From assembly GCA_016188265.1 (NCBI GenBank), contig JACPID010000021.1, positions 15,051 through 79,050 of the forward strand: 64,000 nucleotides of DNA, given 5' to 3'. A program made the position numbers and the translations under genes. A model generated the notes under the pieces. The model was not told the DNA's origin, searched no databases, and was given only the letters and a program-made list of their open reading frames with translations. This DNA comes from Candidatus Woesearchaeota archaeon (GTDB lineage: Archaea > Nanobdellota > Nanobdellia > Woesearchaeales > ARS49). Positions 1 through 9,995 of the stretch are shown piece by piece. Numbering within the stretch: the stretch's first letter is position 1; every line of letters begins with the position of its first letter.

Positions 1-363
1 ATTATCAAGACTTGAAGTATACTCATTTGATTGAAAATCAATAACTTTTGTATTTTCAATAGCAAGTTTTTTAATACGCAAATTTTCTTCAACTTTCATT
101 GCAGAACGAATAAAATCCATACTTTCAGGATGACTGCGCAATTCTTCGCTAAGATAAGCTAAACGAAAATAAAAAGGATCATCTTCCATACTGTAATAAT
201 CTCTATTAAACTCAATTGCTTTTAATGTGTGAATAATCTTATTTAACTCTTTTAAACTATTAACAGGATCTTTACTCTCTAAATTAATTTTTAAGTTAGG
301 AAAACTAACCTTTGCTTCAAGATTTCCCCTTCTAATTTTTGCTGAATGATGCAAATGCTTCAT
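1..363 (-). CDS. hypothetical protein, N-terminal part; gene runs off the window start
   Basis: Minus-strand ATG at 363..361 opens a frame (MKHLHHSAKIRRGNLEAK...) that stays open to position 1. It is absent from the ORF track because it has no stop inside the window. Confidence 0.3.
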   Translation of the reverse strand, partial: MKHLHHSAKIRRGNLEAKVSFPNLKINLESKDPVNSLKELNKIIHTLKAIEFNRDYYSMEDDPFYFRLAYLSEELRSHPESMDFIRSAMKVEENLRIKKLAIENTKVIDFQSNEYTSSLDN

Positions 364-468
364 TGCTATTTTATTAAGCTAACATTGTTTAAATATATTA
401 CTGTTATACAAAAGATAAATCTTTTTGTCAAGGAATAATTTTTAAGTACTAAATATTAATTATAGTTT

Positions 469-885
469 GTGAAGCAAGAACACTCCGCAGGAATGATTGT
501 TTATAGGCTTGTAAACAAAAAAAGACATTATCTTTTACTGCAGTACTCTTACAAAAAAAAATTTTGGGATTTTGTAAAAGGCAATATAGAAAAAGGTGAA
601 ACTGAACAAAAAACTTCAATAAGAGAGCTAAAAGAAGAAACAGGCATTACTGAATTTAAAATCATTCCAGGGTTCAAAGAAAAAATAAACTGGTTTTATA
701 GAACTAATGAACTAATTTATAAAGACGTTATTTTTTTTCTTGCAAAAACAAATCAAAAAGAAATAAAACTTACAGAACATATTGATTATGCTTGGTTGCC
801 ATACACTAAAGCAATAAAAAAAGTCACTTATAAAAATGCAAAAGATATTTTAAAAAAAGCAGAAGATTTTTTAAGAATAAAATAA
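469..885 (+). CDS. Nudix hydrolase
   Basis: Nudix box GNIEKGETEQKTSIRELKEETGI (Gx5Ex7REUxEExGU); the 138-aa size is typical. Confidence 0.75.
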   Translation: MKQEHSAGMIVYRLVNKKRHYLLLQYSYKKKFWDFVKGNIEKGETEQKTSIRELKEETGITEFKIIPGFKEKINWFYRTNELIYKDVIFFLAKTNQKEIKLTEHIDYAWLPYTKAIKKVTYKNAKDILKKAEDFLRIK

Positions 886-912
886 AACCAATATACTATT
901 AAAAGAGGTAAA

Positions 913-2625
913 ATGAGAAACTTTGAAATTGCAGGCATATTTAATGAAATGGCTGATATTCTTGAAATGCAGGATGTAGCTTGGAAACCAAATGCTTACA
1001 GAAAAGCAGCTCGTTCAATTGAAACTCAAAAAGAAGACATTGAACTAACTTACAAAAAAGGCAAATTAAAAGCTTTAATGCAAATACCTGGCGTTGGGGA
1101 AGGCTTAGCAAAAAAAATTGAAGAATACATTAAAACCGGAAAAATACATGAATTTGAGAAACTGAAGAAAAGCATACCTTTAGGTGTTGAAGAAATGATG
1201 CATGTTCAAGGACTAGGCCCTAAAAAAGCCTTTAAACTTTACAAAAAACTCAAAATAAAAAATCTCAAAGAACTTGAAAAAGCAGCAAAAGAAGGCAAAA
1301 TAAAAAAATTAGAAGGATTTGGTGAAAAAAGCGAAGAAGATATTCTTTTAGGATTAGAAATTGTAAAACGCGGACAAGAAAGAATGCTCTTAGGAAATGC
1401 TTTGCCAATTGCAAGGGATATAATTAAAAAATTAAGCCTTCTTAAAGAAATTAAACAAATAGAAGTAGCAGGATCTGTTAGAAGAAAAAAAGAAACAGTA
1501 AAAGATATAGATATACTTGTTGTTTCAAGCAATCCAAAACTTGTTATGGACTTCTTTACAACAATGGATGATGTTTCAAGAATACTTGCAAAAGGGCAAA
1601 AAAAATCAAGCGTAGTTCTTAAAGAAGGACTTAATGCAGATGTAAGAGTAATTGATTCTAAAAGCTTTGGAGCAGCGCTTCAATACTTTACAGGAAACAA
1701 AGATCACAATATAAAATTAAGGCAAATTGCCATCAGTAAAGGCTACAAACTTAATGAATATGGCTTATTTAAACAAAATAAATATGTCTGCGGGAAAACT
1801 GAAGAAGAAATATACAAAAAATTAGGTGTTGTTCATGTTCCTCCTGAAATACGGCAAAATTCAGGAGAATTTGATATTAAAAAAACTCCTGAATTAATTC
1901 CTTATAATGCGCTAAAAGGAGATCTTCACTTGCACACAACTTGGAGCGATGGTTCAAACAGCACTGAAGAAATGATAAAAGAAGCAATAAAAATAAAGTA
2001 CGAATATATTGCTATTACAGATCACTCAAAAAGCCAACACATAGCAAATGGTCTTGATGAAACACAATTATTAAAACATTTGGAAGAAATTAAAAAACTC
2101 CAAAAAAAATACCAAAATATAAAAATTTTAGCAGGATCTGAAGTTGATATTTTAAAAGATGGTTCTCTTGATTATGAAAATAAGTATTTAAAACAACTTG
2201 ATTTTGTTATTGCATCAATACACTCAAGATTTAAAGCAAAAAAAGAAGAAATGACTGAAAGAATGATTAATGCAATGAAAAACAAATATGTACACGCAAT
2301 AGGCCATCCAAGCGGCAGATTAATCAATCAACGAGATCCTTACGAAGTAGATTTTGAAAAAATATTACAAGCAGCAAAAGATAATGGCATAGCAATGGAA
2401 ATAAATAGTTATCCAAGTAGATTAGATCTAAAAGATGCACACATTAAACAAGCAGTTGAACTAGGAGTTAAATTAGTAATCAATACTGACAGCCACTCTA
2501 TTAATCATTTAAGATTCATTGAATACGGAATAGCACAAGCACGCAGAGGCTGGGCTGCAAAAGAAAACATAATCAACACACAAGAATGGAAAAATTTCGA
2601 AAAGTTTTTAACATCAAGAAGATAA
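913..2625 (+). CDS. polX: DNA polymerase X family with C-terminal PHP domain
   Basis: N-terminal HhH region (IPGVGEGLAKKI, VQGLGPKKAF), the nucleotidyltransferase motif GSVRRKKETVKDIDILV, and a C-terminal PHP motif (DLHLHTTWSDG). The 570-aa length fits PolX. Confidence 0.8.
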   Translation: MRNFEIAGIFNEMADILEMQDVAWKPNAYRKAARSIETQKEDIELTYKKGKLKALMQIPGVGEGLAKKIEEYIKTGKIHEFEKLKKSIPLGVEEMMHVQGLGPKKAFKLYKKLKIKNLKELEKAAKEGKIKKLEGFGEKSEEDILLGLEIVKRGQERMLLGNALPIARDIIKKLSLLKEIKQIEVAGSVRRKKETVKDIDILVVSSNPKLVMDFFTTMDDVSRILAKGQKKSSVVLKEGLNADVRVIDSKSFGAALQYFTGNKDHNIKLRQIAISKGYKLNEYGLFKQNKYVCGKTEEEIYKKLGVVHVPPEIRQNSGEFDIKKTPELIPYNALKGDLHLHTTWSDGSNSTEEMIKEAIKIKYEYIAITDHSKSQHIANGLDETQLLKHLEEIKKLQKKYQNIKILAGSEVDILKDGSLDYENKYLKQLDFVIASIHSRFKAKKEEMTERMINAMKNKYVHAIGHPSGRLINQRDPYEVDFEKILQAAKDNGIAMEINSYPSRLDLKDAHIKQAVELGVKLVINTDSHSINHLRFIEYGIAQARRGWAAKENIINTQEWKNFEKFLTSRR

Positions 2626-2635
2626 AATTATTATT

Positions 2636-2902
2636 ATGATCATAAAAGAAGAATTAGCAAAAAAAGTACCAAAACACCACCAACAAACTACAGAATATAA
2701 CATTTTTCTTAAAGAACTTAACTCAAAAAACCTAAAAGACATAAAAGCAGTAAAAATGTATGTAAATGTTGAAATTAAAAAATGCAAGGATGAATTTAAA
2801 AATTTCACTCTTTCACCAACACAAAACAGGTATAGAAAAAGATGCAGAGAACGGCTGGAATTTCTTGAATTAATAAAAGAAAAAGTACTAACATATGTAT
2901 AA
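2636..2902 (+). CDS. hypothetical small basic protein
   Basis: 88-aa ORF in an intergenic slot. No recognisable motif. Confidence 0.25.
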   Translation: MIIKEELAKKVPKHHQQTTEYNIFLKELNSKNLKDIKAVKMYVNVEIKKCKDEFKNFTLSPTQNRYRKRCRERLEFLELIKEKVLTYV

Positions 2903-3176
2903 AGTAAAACATTGTACAACTTTCTTTCAAAAATTATGCGGGGTAATGCTTAAAAAAAAATTCACCCCCCACATATTTCATTTTGAAAAACAACAACACA
3001 TAAGCATTCATACATGGTTTGTACTCTGCCCAATTGATGTTTACTTTTATGACAAAAATAAAAAACTAATTGAAATTAAAAAAAATTTAAAACCATTTTC
3101 TTTCTACAAATCAAAAAACAAAGCAAAATTGATGATAGAAGTAATGTCCAGATAGTTTTGTTCCTCAAATTCTAAG

Positions 3177-3494
3177 TTAGCACAATTCTCTCATCATTCT
3201 TTGCATGAGCAATTCAGTATTATCTGCATCAGTACCTATTAAGTGTTTTTGAGAAAGAATGTTAAACAGTTCAAAATATCTTAATTCTGCCAAATCTGCG
3301 CATTCTCTTATGGTACATTTTCCTTCATTATATAAAGAGATTGCTTTTTCTACTTTTAATGATTTTGCAGCATAACTTACTAATTTTTTAATAGCATCAG
3401 ACCTAGTTATTTTTTCATCTTTTGCTATTTTTTTTACAAAATTCAAATCAGATTCATTAAATCTTACATAAACTGCTTCACTCATTTTAATCAC
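3177..3494 (-). CDS. UPF0175-family antitoxin-like protein
   Basis: The C-terminal DLAELRYFELFNILSQKHLIG resembles the UPF0175 HTH tail. It overlaps the upstream DUF3368 PIN gene by 8 nt. Confidence 0.5.
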   Translation of the reverse strand: MIKMSEAVYVRFNESDLNFVKKIAKDEKITRSDAIKKLVSYAAKSLKVEKAISLYNEGKCTIRECADLAELRYFELFNILSQKHLIGTDADNTELLMQRMMRELC

Positions 3495-3981
3495 CTTTCA
3501 TTATTTTTTCTTTTATTTTAAGACAAATCTCTTTATTATACCCGTTTTTCATTAATAAATCTAACAATAAAAATGATTGATCTGCATTAAACTCATTTTT
3601 CTTCCAAAGTAAATATAGCAACAATGCACTGTTGGTGATGTGTGTTTGAGTTATTAAGCAAATTCTCTCTATTTGTCTGTCTTCACTTGCTAAAAAACAA
3701 TTTTGTTCATGTGCAAGGGAAATAACACTTGCATCATTTTCACTTATTTTAAATTCTTTTGCTATTTTTTTTGTTTGTTTTGCTTTAATTATTTTTATCT
3801 TTTTATTTTCAAAATACTGCATTATTATTTTTGCATCCTTATATCTTAATTCATCGCCATCAAGTACCTCTTGATAAATTTCCTTTGAAGTTATTAATTT
3901 CAGATGTTTCAAAAGATGCGGCAATAGTCCAATTTTAGCAAAGAAAATACTTGAGCTGGTATTTAACACTAAGTTTTTCAT
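3487..3981 (-). CDS. DUF3368-type PIN-like nuclease (toxin-like)
   Basis: The N-terminus VLNTSSSIFFAKIGLLPHLLKHL...IYQEV matches the DUF3368 pattern (DxSxLIxLAKIGxLDLL). It is the partner of the UPF0175 gene. Confidence 0.5.
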   Translation of the reverse strand: MKNLVLNTSSSIFFAKIGLLPHLLKHLKLITSKEIYQEVLDGDELRYKDAKIIMQYFENKKIKIIKAKQTKKIAKEFKISENDASVISLAHEQNCFLASEDRQIERICLITQTHITNSALLLYLLWKKNEFNADQSFLLLDLLMKNGYNKEICLKIKEKIMKGD

Positions 3982-4012
3982 AACAATTCATTACAATTGT
4001 AATGTAATGTAA

Positions 4013-4100
4013 TATTTAAAACTTTTGTTTTTAACTAAAGTTTTGCGTTTTTTTATTGATCTAGGCAAAACTTTAGAACCTATACTTTTGTCTATTTACT
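4013..4100. repeat. Intergenic hairpin repeat R2, copy 1, about 35 nt upstream of a tRNA
   Basis: CTAAAGTTTTGC / GCAAAACTTTAG and ACTTTTG / CAAAAGT inverted repeats. It is near-identical to 44956..45096. Confidence 0.6.
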
Positions 4101-4164
4101 TATAAAATGCAAAAGTCTAGTTTAAGAAAACTTTAAAAGCTACTTATTCTGCTCTTATAGTGTT

Positions 4165-4289
4165 GGGAGTGTAGTATAACCTGGCTAGTATGAGGGCCTC
4201 CAGCAATGGAGCGATGAGTCCATAAGACTATGAGAAAAATGTCTCTTTGAAGAGAGCCCAAGATCGGGGTTCAAATCCCTGCACTCCCA
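4165..4289 (+). tRNA. Intron-containing tRNA, tentatively tRNA-Trp(CCA), with a ~50-nt intron at 37/38
   Basis: A 7-bp acceptor pair (GGGAGTG/CACTCCC), the T-arm CGGGG-TTCAAAT-CCCTG, a GUAU/GUAU D-stem and an anticodon loop CUCCAG[intron]A. Total length is 125 nt. Folded by eye only. Confidence 0.5.
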
Positions 4290-4323
4290 TTTTTTCTTTA
4301 TGTCAAGAACCACTACTAAACCA

Positions 4324-4656
4324 CTAGTGAGACACTAGCGGAATCTTAGTGTTTGAAAGATGTTTATTTGTTTCTTCTTTAAGTATTTCCCAGTGAAGTT
4401 TAATAATTTTTTTCATAGTTGGATCGTTTGTGTTTAACTTAAATAGTTTTGCTCTGCCTATTTCTCTTGTATGAACAATTGAATTATTTTCTAGGAGTAT
4501 TTTCCATGCTCGTGTAAATGAAGTCCAACCAACGCCAACTCCTTCTGCTATTTCAGTCATTGAGTAATCAAAGTCCTTACCAAGTATTAAGAAGTTCATA
4601 ATTCTAACTAATGGAGTGTCACCAAAATATTCTACAAATATGCTTTCTTCAGCCAT
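4324..4656 (-). CDS. winged-helix transcriptional regulator
   Basis: 110 aa with an HTH-like MTEIAEGVGVGWTSFTRAWKIL segment. Confidence 0.4.
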   Translation of the reverse strand: MAEESIFVEYFGDTPLVRIMNFLILGKDFDYSMTEIAEGVGVGWTSFTRAWKILLENNSIVHTREIGRAKLFKLNTNDPTMKKIIKLHWEILKEETNKHLSNTKIPLVSH

Positions 4657-4726
4657 GCTTATTGTTTAGGTATATTATATATTTAAATATTGACAAGAAA
4701 AAAGAAATTGAGGATTATTTAGAAAG

Positions 4727-5896
4727 TTAAACTAAGAACTTGATTATTATTCCACTTATTATTGTTGAGAAGAAAAACACACTTACTCCATACCAGATTC
4801 TTTTTGCATGCTTGTGGGGGAATATTTTTTGCAGTGTTGTGTGAAACATTCTTCCACCGTCTAAAGGCCCAATAGGAAGTAAATTAAATAATCCTACGCC
4901 TAGATTTAAAATGCCTAGCCAGTAGAATAAGTCACTTATCCAAAATATAATTGAGAGAATAAATGAGTAATTACTAAACTGTTGTTTAATGTTTTTTGCA
5001 TTTTCAACATATACTCCTAATAATGGTTTTCCACCACTCTCTCCTAATATTAGTTGATGGTTTATGGTTTGTAGTTGAGAGTTGATTGTCTTAATTGTCA
5101 TTTCCTTTCCAGGATTATATTTGTTTAATTCTTTAATAAATTCTTCAACATTATTTATTTGTACTTGTTCAATTGATGTTATTACTTGTCCAGTAACCAA
5201 CCCTCCTTTTATTGCAGGGGTATCTCCTGAAAAAAAATCAATAATTTTTACACCCTGATAATCATATAATATTTCTTCCAATGGCTTAAATGCAAATAAA
5301 AATAGTCCTAAAAATATCAAGCCAAAAACTACATTAACAATAGGCCCTGCAGCAAATACTGATAATTGTTGTTTTTTTGGTTTTCTTGCTAATTTTTTTT
5401 CATCAGGCTCAATAAATGCCCCTGGAATTAAAGGAATTAGCAATCCTATAATAGCAATTCCGCTTGATTTCAGCGGAATTTTCCAAACTCTCGCAAAAAT
5501 TCCATGACCGCATTCATGAACAATTGCAATAAATATAAGACATATAATCCAATAAAGTAATGGAACATAAAATATTCCTCGTGCTTTGAATGGAAGCACT
5601 AAACTTACTGCTTCACTTGAAATTGGATTTATTAAAAATTTAATTGTTGACCGAATTAATTCTTCAGAAACAATAATCATTCCTAAAAAACCAAGAATAA
5701 TTATCAAAGATGATAATTTTATTAACAATTTACTTCTTTTTTTTGCAATAGAATTTATTTTATTCAAACCAAAATTTGTGTGATACATTGCTGCAAAATA
5801 AAAAGGAGGCTTGCCATGCCATATTATTTTGTCGCGGCACAGCCACACAAGTAAACATATTAGTACTAAGATTCCTCCAGCAATTACTCCCTCCAT
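4727..5896 (-). CDS. site-2 protease (peptidase M50) with a PDZ-like insert
   Basis: Multi-TM protein with the HExxH motif in VHECGHGIFA and the LDGG motif in PIGPLDGGRMF. Confidence 0.75.
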   Translation of the reverse strand: MEGVIAGGILVLICLLVWLCRDKIIWHGKPPFYFAAMYHTNFGLNKINSIAKKRSKLLIKLSSLIIILGFLGMIIVSEELIRSTIKFLINPISSEAVSLVLPFKARGIFYVPLLYWIICLIFIAIVHECGHGIFARVWKIPLKSSGIAIIGLLIPLIPGAFIEPDEKKLARKPKKQQLSVFAAGPIVNVVFGLIFLGLFLFAFKPLEEILYDYQGVKIIDFFSGDTPAIKGGLVTGQVITSIEQVQINNVEEFIKELNKYNPGKEMTIKTINSQLQTINHQLILGESGGKPLLGVYVENAKNIKQQFSNYSFILSIIFWISDLFYWLGILNLGVGLFNLLPIGPLDGGRMFHTTLQKIFPHKHAKRIWYGVSVFFFSTIISGIIIKFLV

Positions 5897-5935
5897 GAAA
5901 ATAAACCTTTTTTTATCCAGAACTTTTTCAAACTG

Positions 5936-6253
5936 CTAAGTTTGTTTTTGAGATTCTTCTGCAACATCTAATATAACATTAACATCTTCGACTTTTTCCT
6001 CAACATTAGAAACTTCTTCTTGAACACTTTGAAGTTCTTTTTTTTCTTGATTATGATCTTTAATATCCTTACTTATTTCTTCACTTACTTCACCAACTTC
6101 TTTAAGCATATCTTTAACACTTTCATTTTCACCTTTTGCTCCGAGAATTATTTCTTTAGCACGGCTCTGCGCTTCTTCTATTGTGGTAACTAAATGAAGT
6201 GATTTTAACGAGTGTGCAAGTTTGTTTATTTTTTCTGCAGTTTCAGCATCCAT
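5936..6253 (-). CDS. acidic coiled-coil hypothetical protein
   Basis: Glu/Lys-rich 105-aa ORF co-directional with its neighbours. Confidence 0.3.
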   Translation of the reverse strand: MDAETAEKINKLAHSLKSLHLVTTIEEAQSRAKEIILGAKGENESVKDMLKEVGEVSEEISKDIKDHNQEKKELQSVQEEVSNVEEKVEDVNVILDVAEESQKQT

Positions 6254-6282
6254 AAAAAAATAATTATTTAATCAATAGTTTA

Positions 6283-6906
6283 TTAAGATTGTGGATTGAT
6301 TTGAGTATGTTCTGCTTTTCCATCACTTATGAGAATATCAGCCAGAGGATTTGGGAGTTCTGCTTCTTCATTTTCTTTAAAAGGCCCATATTCTTCTAAC
6401 TCTGTGCCGAAAAAAGCATCTACTGGCTCTACAAATCTAACTTTTATACGATCAGATTCTTTTTTAGTTTGTTCAGGCATTACTGGTTCTTGTTTTGGCA
6501 ATTCAAGCAAGTGTGCTGTATATTTTTCACGATGTTCTCCCAATAAGTGTGTTAATTGTTGATATAATTTCTTTTCTTGTTCAACAAGATTGCAAGTATC
6601 AATTATTGCAGAATTAGTTCTAGACTTATTAATTGCAAGTGTAGCTATTTTTTGTTCTCTTCGATCATACCATTCTTTAAGGACTCTGCGAATATTAACA
6701 AGCTGTACTGCTATGTCTTCTTTTTCTTTTTGAGAGAACAAATCAGTTTTTCTAGAGCAGGAATTGTATAATTCTTGTTTTTCTTTTAAGTAATTTTTAA
6801 TCTGGTCAAATATTTCAGGATCGATTTTTTGAAGGTCAGAAGTTAATTTTTCTCGGCGCGAAAGCTCATAAAGAGTCTCAAATGTTACAATAACTTTTTG
6901 TTCCAT
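6283..6906 (-). CDS. GINS-like replication protein (Gins15/51-like)
   Basis: The N-terminus VTFETLYELSRREKLTSDLQKIDPEIFDQIKNYLKE resembles the archaeal GINS A-domain signature. Confidence 0.35.
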   Translation of the reverse strand: MEQKVIVTFETLYELSRREKLTSDLQKIDPEIFDQIKNYLKEKQELYNSCSRKTDLFSQKEKEDIAVQLVNIRRVLKEWYDRREQKIATLAINKSRTNSAIIDTCNLVEQEKKLYQQLTHLLGEHREKYTAHLLELPKQEPVMPEQTKKESDRIKVRFVEPVDAFFGTELEEYGPFKENEEAELPNPLADILISDGKAEHTQINPQS

Positions 6907-6998
6907 ATCCCCCTGTAAAGTATTTAGTGTTTTACTCTTTTTTAATGTTTCGGGTATTTTAGCAAAAGTTTTATAACTTTGAAAATCTTAAAAGAATT

Positions 6999-7706
6999 AT
7001 GCAAAGTTTAATTCCAATTATTTTGTTTATCTTATTGACTTTTACTGCTAATGCTGTTTCACCTGCTTGTGATCCTGGTGAGTGCTTGCAGGAAAGTGTT
7101 TTTAATGATGTTGTTCAGCAGCGTTTGGAAATTCTTTCTTATGTGTTTGTAGCAGTGGTTGTTATTGTTTCTAGTGCTAGTGTTTGGAATGCCATTAAAA
7201 CTGAAAAATGGAAAAAACCCCTTACCACAATACTTATTGCAGTTGTTTTATCATTTTTAGTATATTCTGTTTTATACTATAAATGGACTGGTGCAGAAAC
7301 TGAAGGCATCTTTTTTTGCAATGAAAAAGGTTGTTTTTGGGCTGCACATATCCATGCAAGCATAAATATCAAAATTTGCGGAGAAGATTATGATTTTCTT
7401 TTAGAAACAGGGGACTTAGCAGGCCCTCATACTCATAAAGAAAGAGGAAAAATTCATTTCCATGATAAAATACCTGTTGATGAAAAAAGAAATCTTCTAG
7501 ATACAACTCCTTTGACAATTAAAACATTCACAAAAACTACGGGCTTGCAATTCAACTCAACATGTTTAGGAAATTATTGTAATGGAGATTTATGTCCTGA
7601 TGAAAGTATTGGCAAAGTAAGTATGAATGTCAATGGAAATGAAGAATTAAAATATGAAAATTATGTTTGGAAAGAAGGAGATATTATTGAAATAAAATTT
7701 AGATAA
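6999..7706 (+). CDS. secreted or membrane Cys-rich hypothetical protein
   Basis: Signal peptide, one TM segment and many Cys residues. Confidence 0.35.
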   Translation: MQSLIPIILFILLTFTANAVSPACDPGECLQESVFNDVVQQRLEILSYVFVAVVVIVSSASVWNAIKTEKWKKPLTTILIAVVLSFLVYSVLYYKWTGAETEGIFFCNEKGCFWAAHIHASINIKICGEDYDFLLETGDLAGPHTHKERGKIHFHDKIPVDEKRNLLDTTPLTIKTFTKTTGLQFNSTCLGNYCNGDLCPDESIGKVSMNVNGNEELKYENYVWKEGDIIEIKFR

Positions 7707-7761
7707 TGAAAAAAAGAGCAATGAATATGGTTAAAAAAAAGAAAAAGAAAAAAGAGATATT

Positions 7762-8472
7762 TTGCGAGTTTTGTTAAAAAAAAAACATATGGCAATTAAT
7801 CTTCCTTTAGTTGTAGGTGCAGCACTAGTTGATGGAATAAATCCCTGTGCTTTTGGTGTGCTTATTTTTCTTCTTGCATTTTTATCAAAAACCATAAAAA
7901 ATAAACTTTTAATGCTCACAAATGGCTTAGTTTACATTTTTGGTGTTTTCATAACTTATCTTGCAGCGGGCTTAATTCTTTTGCCAATTCTTAAATCATT
8001 AGGAACTGCGTCTGTTGCTGCATATTATATTTTAGCTTTGTTAATATTTGCAGCAGGACTTCTAGAAATAAAAGATTATTTTTGGTACGGCCGCTGGTTT
8101 TCACTTAGTATTTTTCCGTCAGACGTAAAACGAATTAAAACGCATAAATCAAGTATTGCAGGTTCAAAATATACTGCTTTCACACTCGGATGCATTGTTG
8201 CATTAATCGAGCTTCCTTGCACAGGTGCAATTTATATTGCATTGCTTGCAATAATGTCTCAAACAAATCTTGATGTTGGAAATCTGAGTTTTCTTGTTAT
8301 TTACAACATAATTTTTGTACTTCCACTTCTTGTAATTTTATGGCTATTTTACAAAGGCATTAGTGTTAAAAAATTTGAGAATTGGAGAAATAAAAATAAA
8401 GCTTTTATGAGATTAATAACAGGGCTTGTTTTAATAGGATTAGCTATTTGGATGTTGTTATTCACTGTTTAA
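7762..8472 (+). CDS. ccdA: CcdA/DsbD-family thiol-disulfide transmembrane electron transporter
   Basis: A polytopic membrane protein with the two family-defining Cys residues in TM segments (DGINPCAFG and IELPCTGAIY). Confidence 0.6.
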   Translation: MRVLLKKKHMAINLPLVVGAALVDGINPCAFGVLIFLLAFLSKTIKNKLLMLTNGLVYIFGVFITYLAAGLILLPILKSLGTASVAAYYILALLIFAAGLLEIKDYFWYGRWFSLSIFPSDVKRIKTHKSSIAGSKYTAFTLGCIVALIELPCTGAIYIALLAIMSQTNLDVGNLSFLVIYNIIFVLPLLVILWLFYKGISVKKFENWRNKNKAFMRLITGLVLIGLAIWMLLFTV

Positions 8473-8937
8473 ACACTTAACCAATTTAGGAATCGAGTTA
8501 TGAATATGATTTATTGTTTTAATAATGAAATTGTCAACGTCTTTAGAGCTGGCATCTGAAGGCAAAACATCATTAATATCATTAACAGAACTGGATTTTC
8601 CAAGAGCTATTTTATTAAACAAAGGAACACTAATACCAAAATTTTTCTTGATAAAATCTTGATGATAACCTGCCATTGCAATAATAACATCATTTTTCTC
8701 AATAATTTCTTTTGTCAGCTTTGTTTGAATATGGTTATTAACAAAAATTCCGTGGGCTTTTAATGCTGAAAGCACAGTAGGATGAATATGCTCTTTTTCA
8801 GCTAAAGTTCCTGCAGAATGAACAATAATGTTATTGATATTATTTTTCTTAAGGTGCTCTTTCAAACACCACTCTGCAGATAAACTCCTGAAAACATTAC
8901 CTGTACAGACAAATAAAATTCTTATTTTTGATTTCAT
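8458..8937 (-). CDS. low-molecular-weight protein-tyrosine phosphatase / ArsC-type reductase
   Basis: P-loop CTGNVFRS (CX5R) at the N-terminus. 159 aa. Confidence 0.7.
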   Translation of the reverse strand: MKSKIRILFVCTGNVFRSLSAEWCLKEHLKKNNINNIIVHSAGTLAEKEHIHPTVLSALKAHGIFVNNHIQTKLTKEIIEKNDVIIAMAGYHQDFIKKNFGISVPLFNKIALGKSSSVNDINDVLPSDASSKDVDNFIIKTINHIHNSIPKLVKCLNSE

Positions 8938-8949
8938 AAAATTATAAAT

Positions 8950-9534
8950 TTAGTCAATAGTTCTTGATGCCTCAACAAATAATCTGTGTTTTTCTTTTCC
9001 AGATATTTCATTAAGTATTCTTTTAACTATTGCTTTTTCAGGATCAGGCATTAAGCGCACTCTTTTTTTAATATCTTCAAAGCTTTCAAATAGTTTTTCT
9101 TGACGTGTTTGAATAATTTCCCACATATGTTTTTTTCCAAGTCCTGGAAGTAATTCTAGTTGGTGCATTCTTGTAGTAAGCGGTTGGGCATTATTGAAAA
9201 ATTCAACAAAACGAGCTTCTTGTTTTTTAACAAGGTCTTTTACAACAAAATCTAGCTCTGATTTTGCTGTTGCAGTTAATTTAGCCACTGGAATACGCCC
9301 TATAATATGGTGTATTTTTTCACGCTTGCCTTCGCCAATATAAACTTCTTCATAAGGCTGTAAAAATACATCTTTTTTAGGGACTAATTCAAGAAGTACA
9401 AAGCGCAATTTTCCTATTGCCTGCGCAATCGGTGTTTTACGATGGCTTGGCGTTGTATCAAAAGGATAACCGTGCGGCAAGAAGTCTAGAATAATCACAT
9501 ACTCTTCTTTTGATTGGTATTGTCTTTCTTCCAT
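8950..9534 (-). CDS. DUF655-family HhH nucleic-acid-binding protein
   Basis: HhH motif LELLPGLGKKHMWEII. It sits in the conserved archaeal L21e-RpoF-DUF655 neighbourhood. Confidence 0.45.
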   Translation of the reverse strand: MEERQYQSKEEYVIILDFLPHGYPFDTTPSHRKTPIAQAIGKLRFVLLELVPKKDVFLQPYEEVYIGEGKREKIHHIIGRIPVAKLTATAKSELDFVVKDLVKKQEARFVEFFNNAQPLTTRMHQLELLPGLGKKHMWEIIQTRQEKLFESFEDIKKRVRLMPDPEKAIVKRILNEISGKEKHRLFVEASRTID

Positions 9535-9652
9535 ATTCCAAACTTCTTATATTTTTTAACATTAAAATATACATGATAGATAAGCATTAGTTGTTTCTGT
9601 ATATAAATTTATGCGAAAAGAAAATAGTAATAATATTTATTATTTTTAGGCT

Positions 9653-9991
9653 TTATTTAACATGTTGTTTAACAGCATCAACTATTTTTTTCATAGCATC
9701 TTGTGATAAGTTAACACTAAATGATTGAGCTACTGCTTTAACATCTTCGACTGTTTTTGGTGTTAAGCTTACTAGTGTCTGTACATTAGCTTCTTTTAAT
9801 CTTGAAATTTTAAGATTTTCAAGATCTGATTTTAATTCACCTGCCTGTTTAACATTAATAGAAGCAACGCTTTGAACATAGTCGAGTGTTTTTTGAGCAC
9901 GAAAATTTAGTTCACCTTGATGTTGTTTGAGTTTTTCAAGTAACTCTTTTACTTCTACAATATTTTTTGCTGTTTCGCTTACAACTTCCAC
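9653..9991 (-). CDS. rpoF: DNA-directed RNA polymerase subunit F (Rpo4)
   Basis: A 112-aa helical protein immediately downstream of rpl21e, which is the conserved archaeal arrangement. Confidence 0.5.
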   Translation of the reverse strand: MEVVSETAKNIVEVKELLEKLKQHQGELNFRAQKTLDYVQSVASINVKQAGELKSDLENLKISRLKEANVQTLVSLTPKTVEDVKAVAQSFSVNLSQDAMKKIVDAVKQHVK

Positions 9992-9995
9992 TTTA

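Noticed and set aside
2895-3155. 86-aa ORF 2895..3155 (+)
   Set aside because: It starts inside the preceding small ORF's stop region, and has a poly-A/low-complexity sequence and no motif. It cannot be supported as a gene; it may be a UTR.
4165-4289. Functional C/D box sRNA encoded in the tRNA-Trp-like intron
   Set aside because: The intron is only ~50 nt. Its box C/D-like strings (GCGATGAG, TTGA) are degenerate and lack a k-turn arrangement. It is mentioned in findings but not called as a feature.
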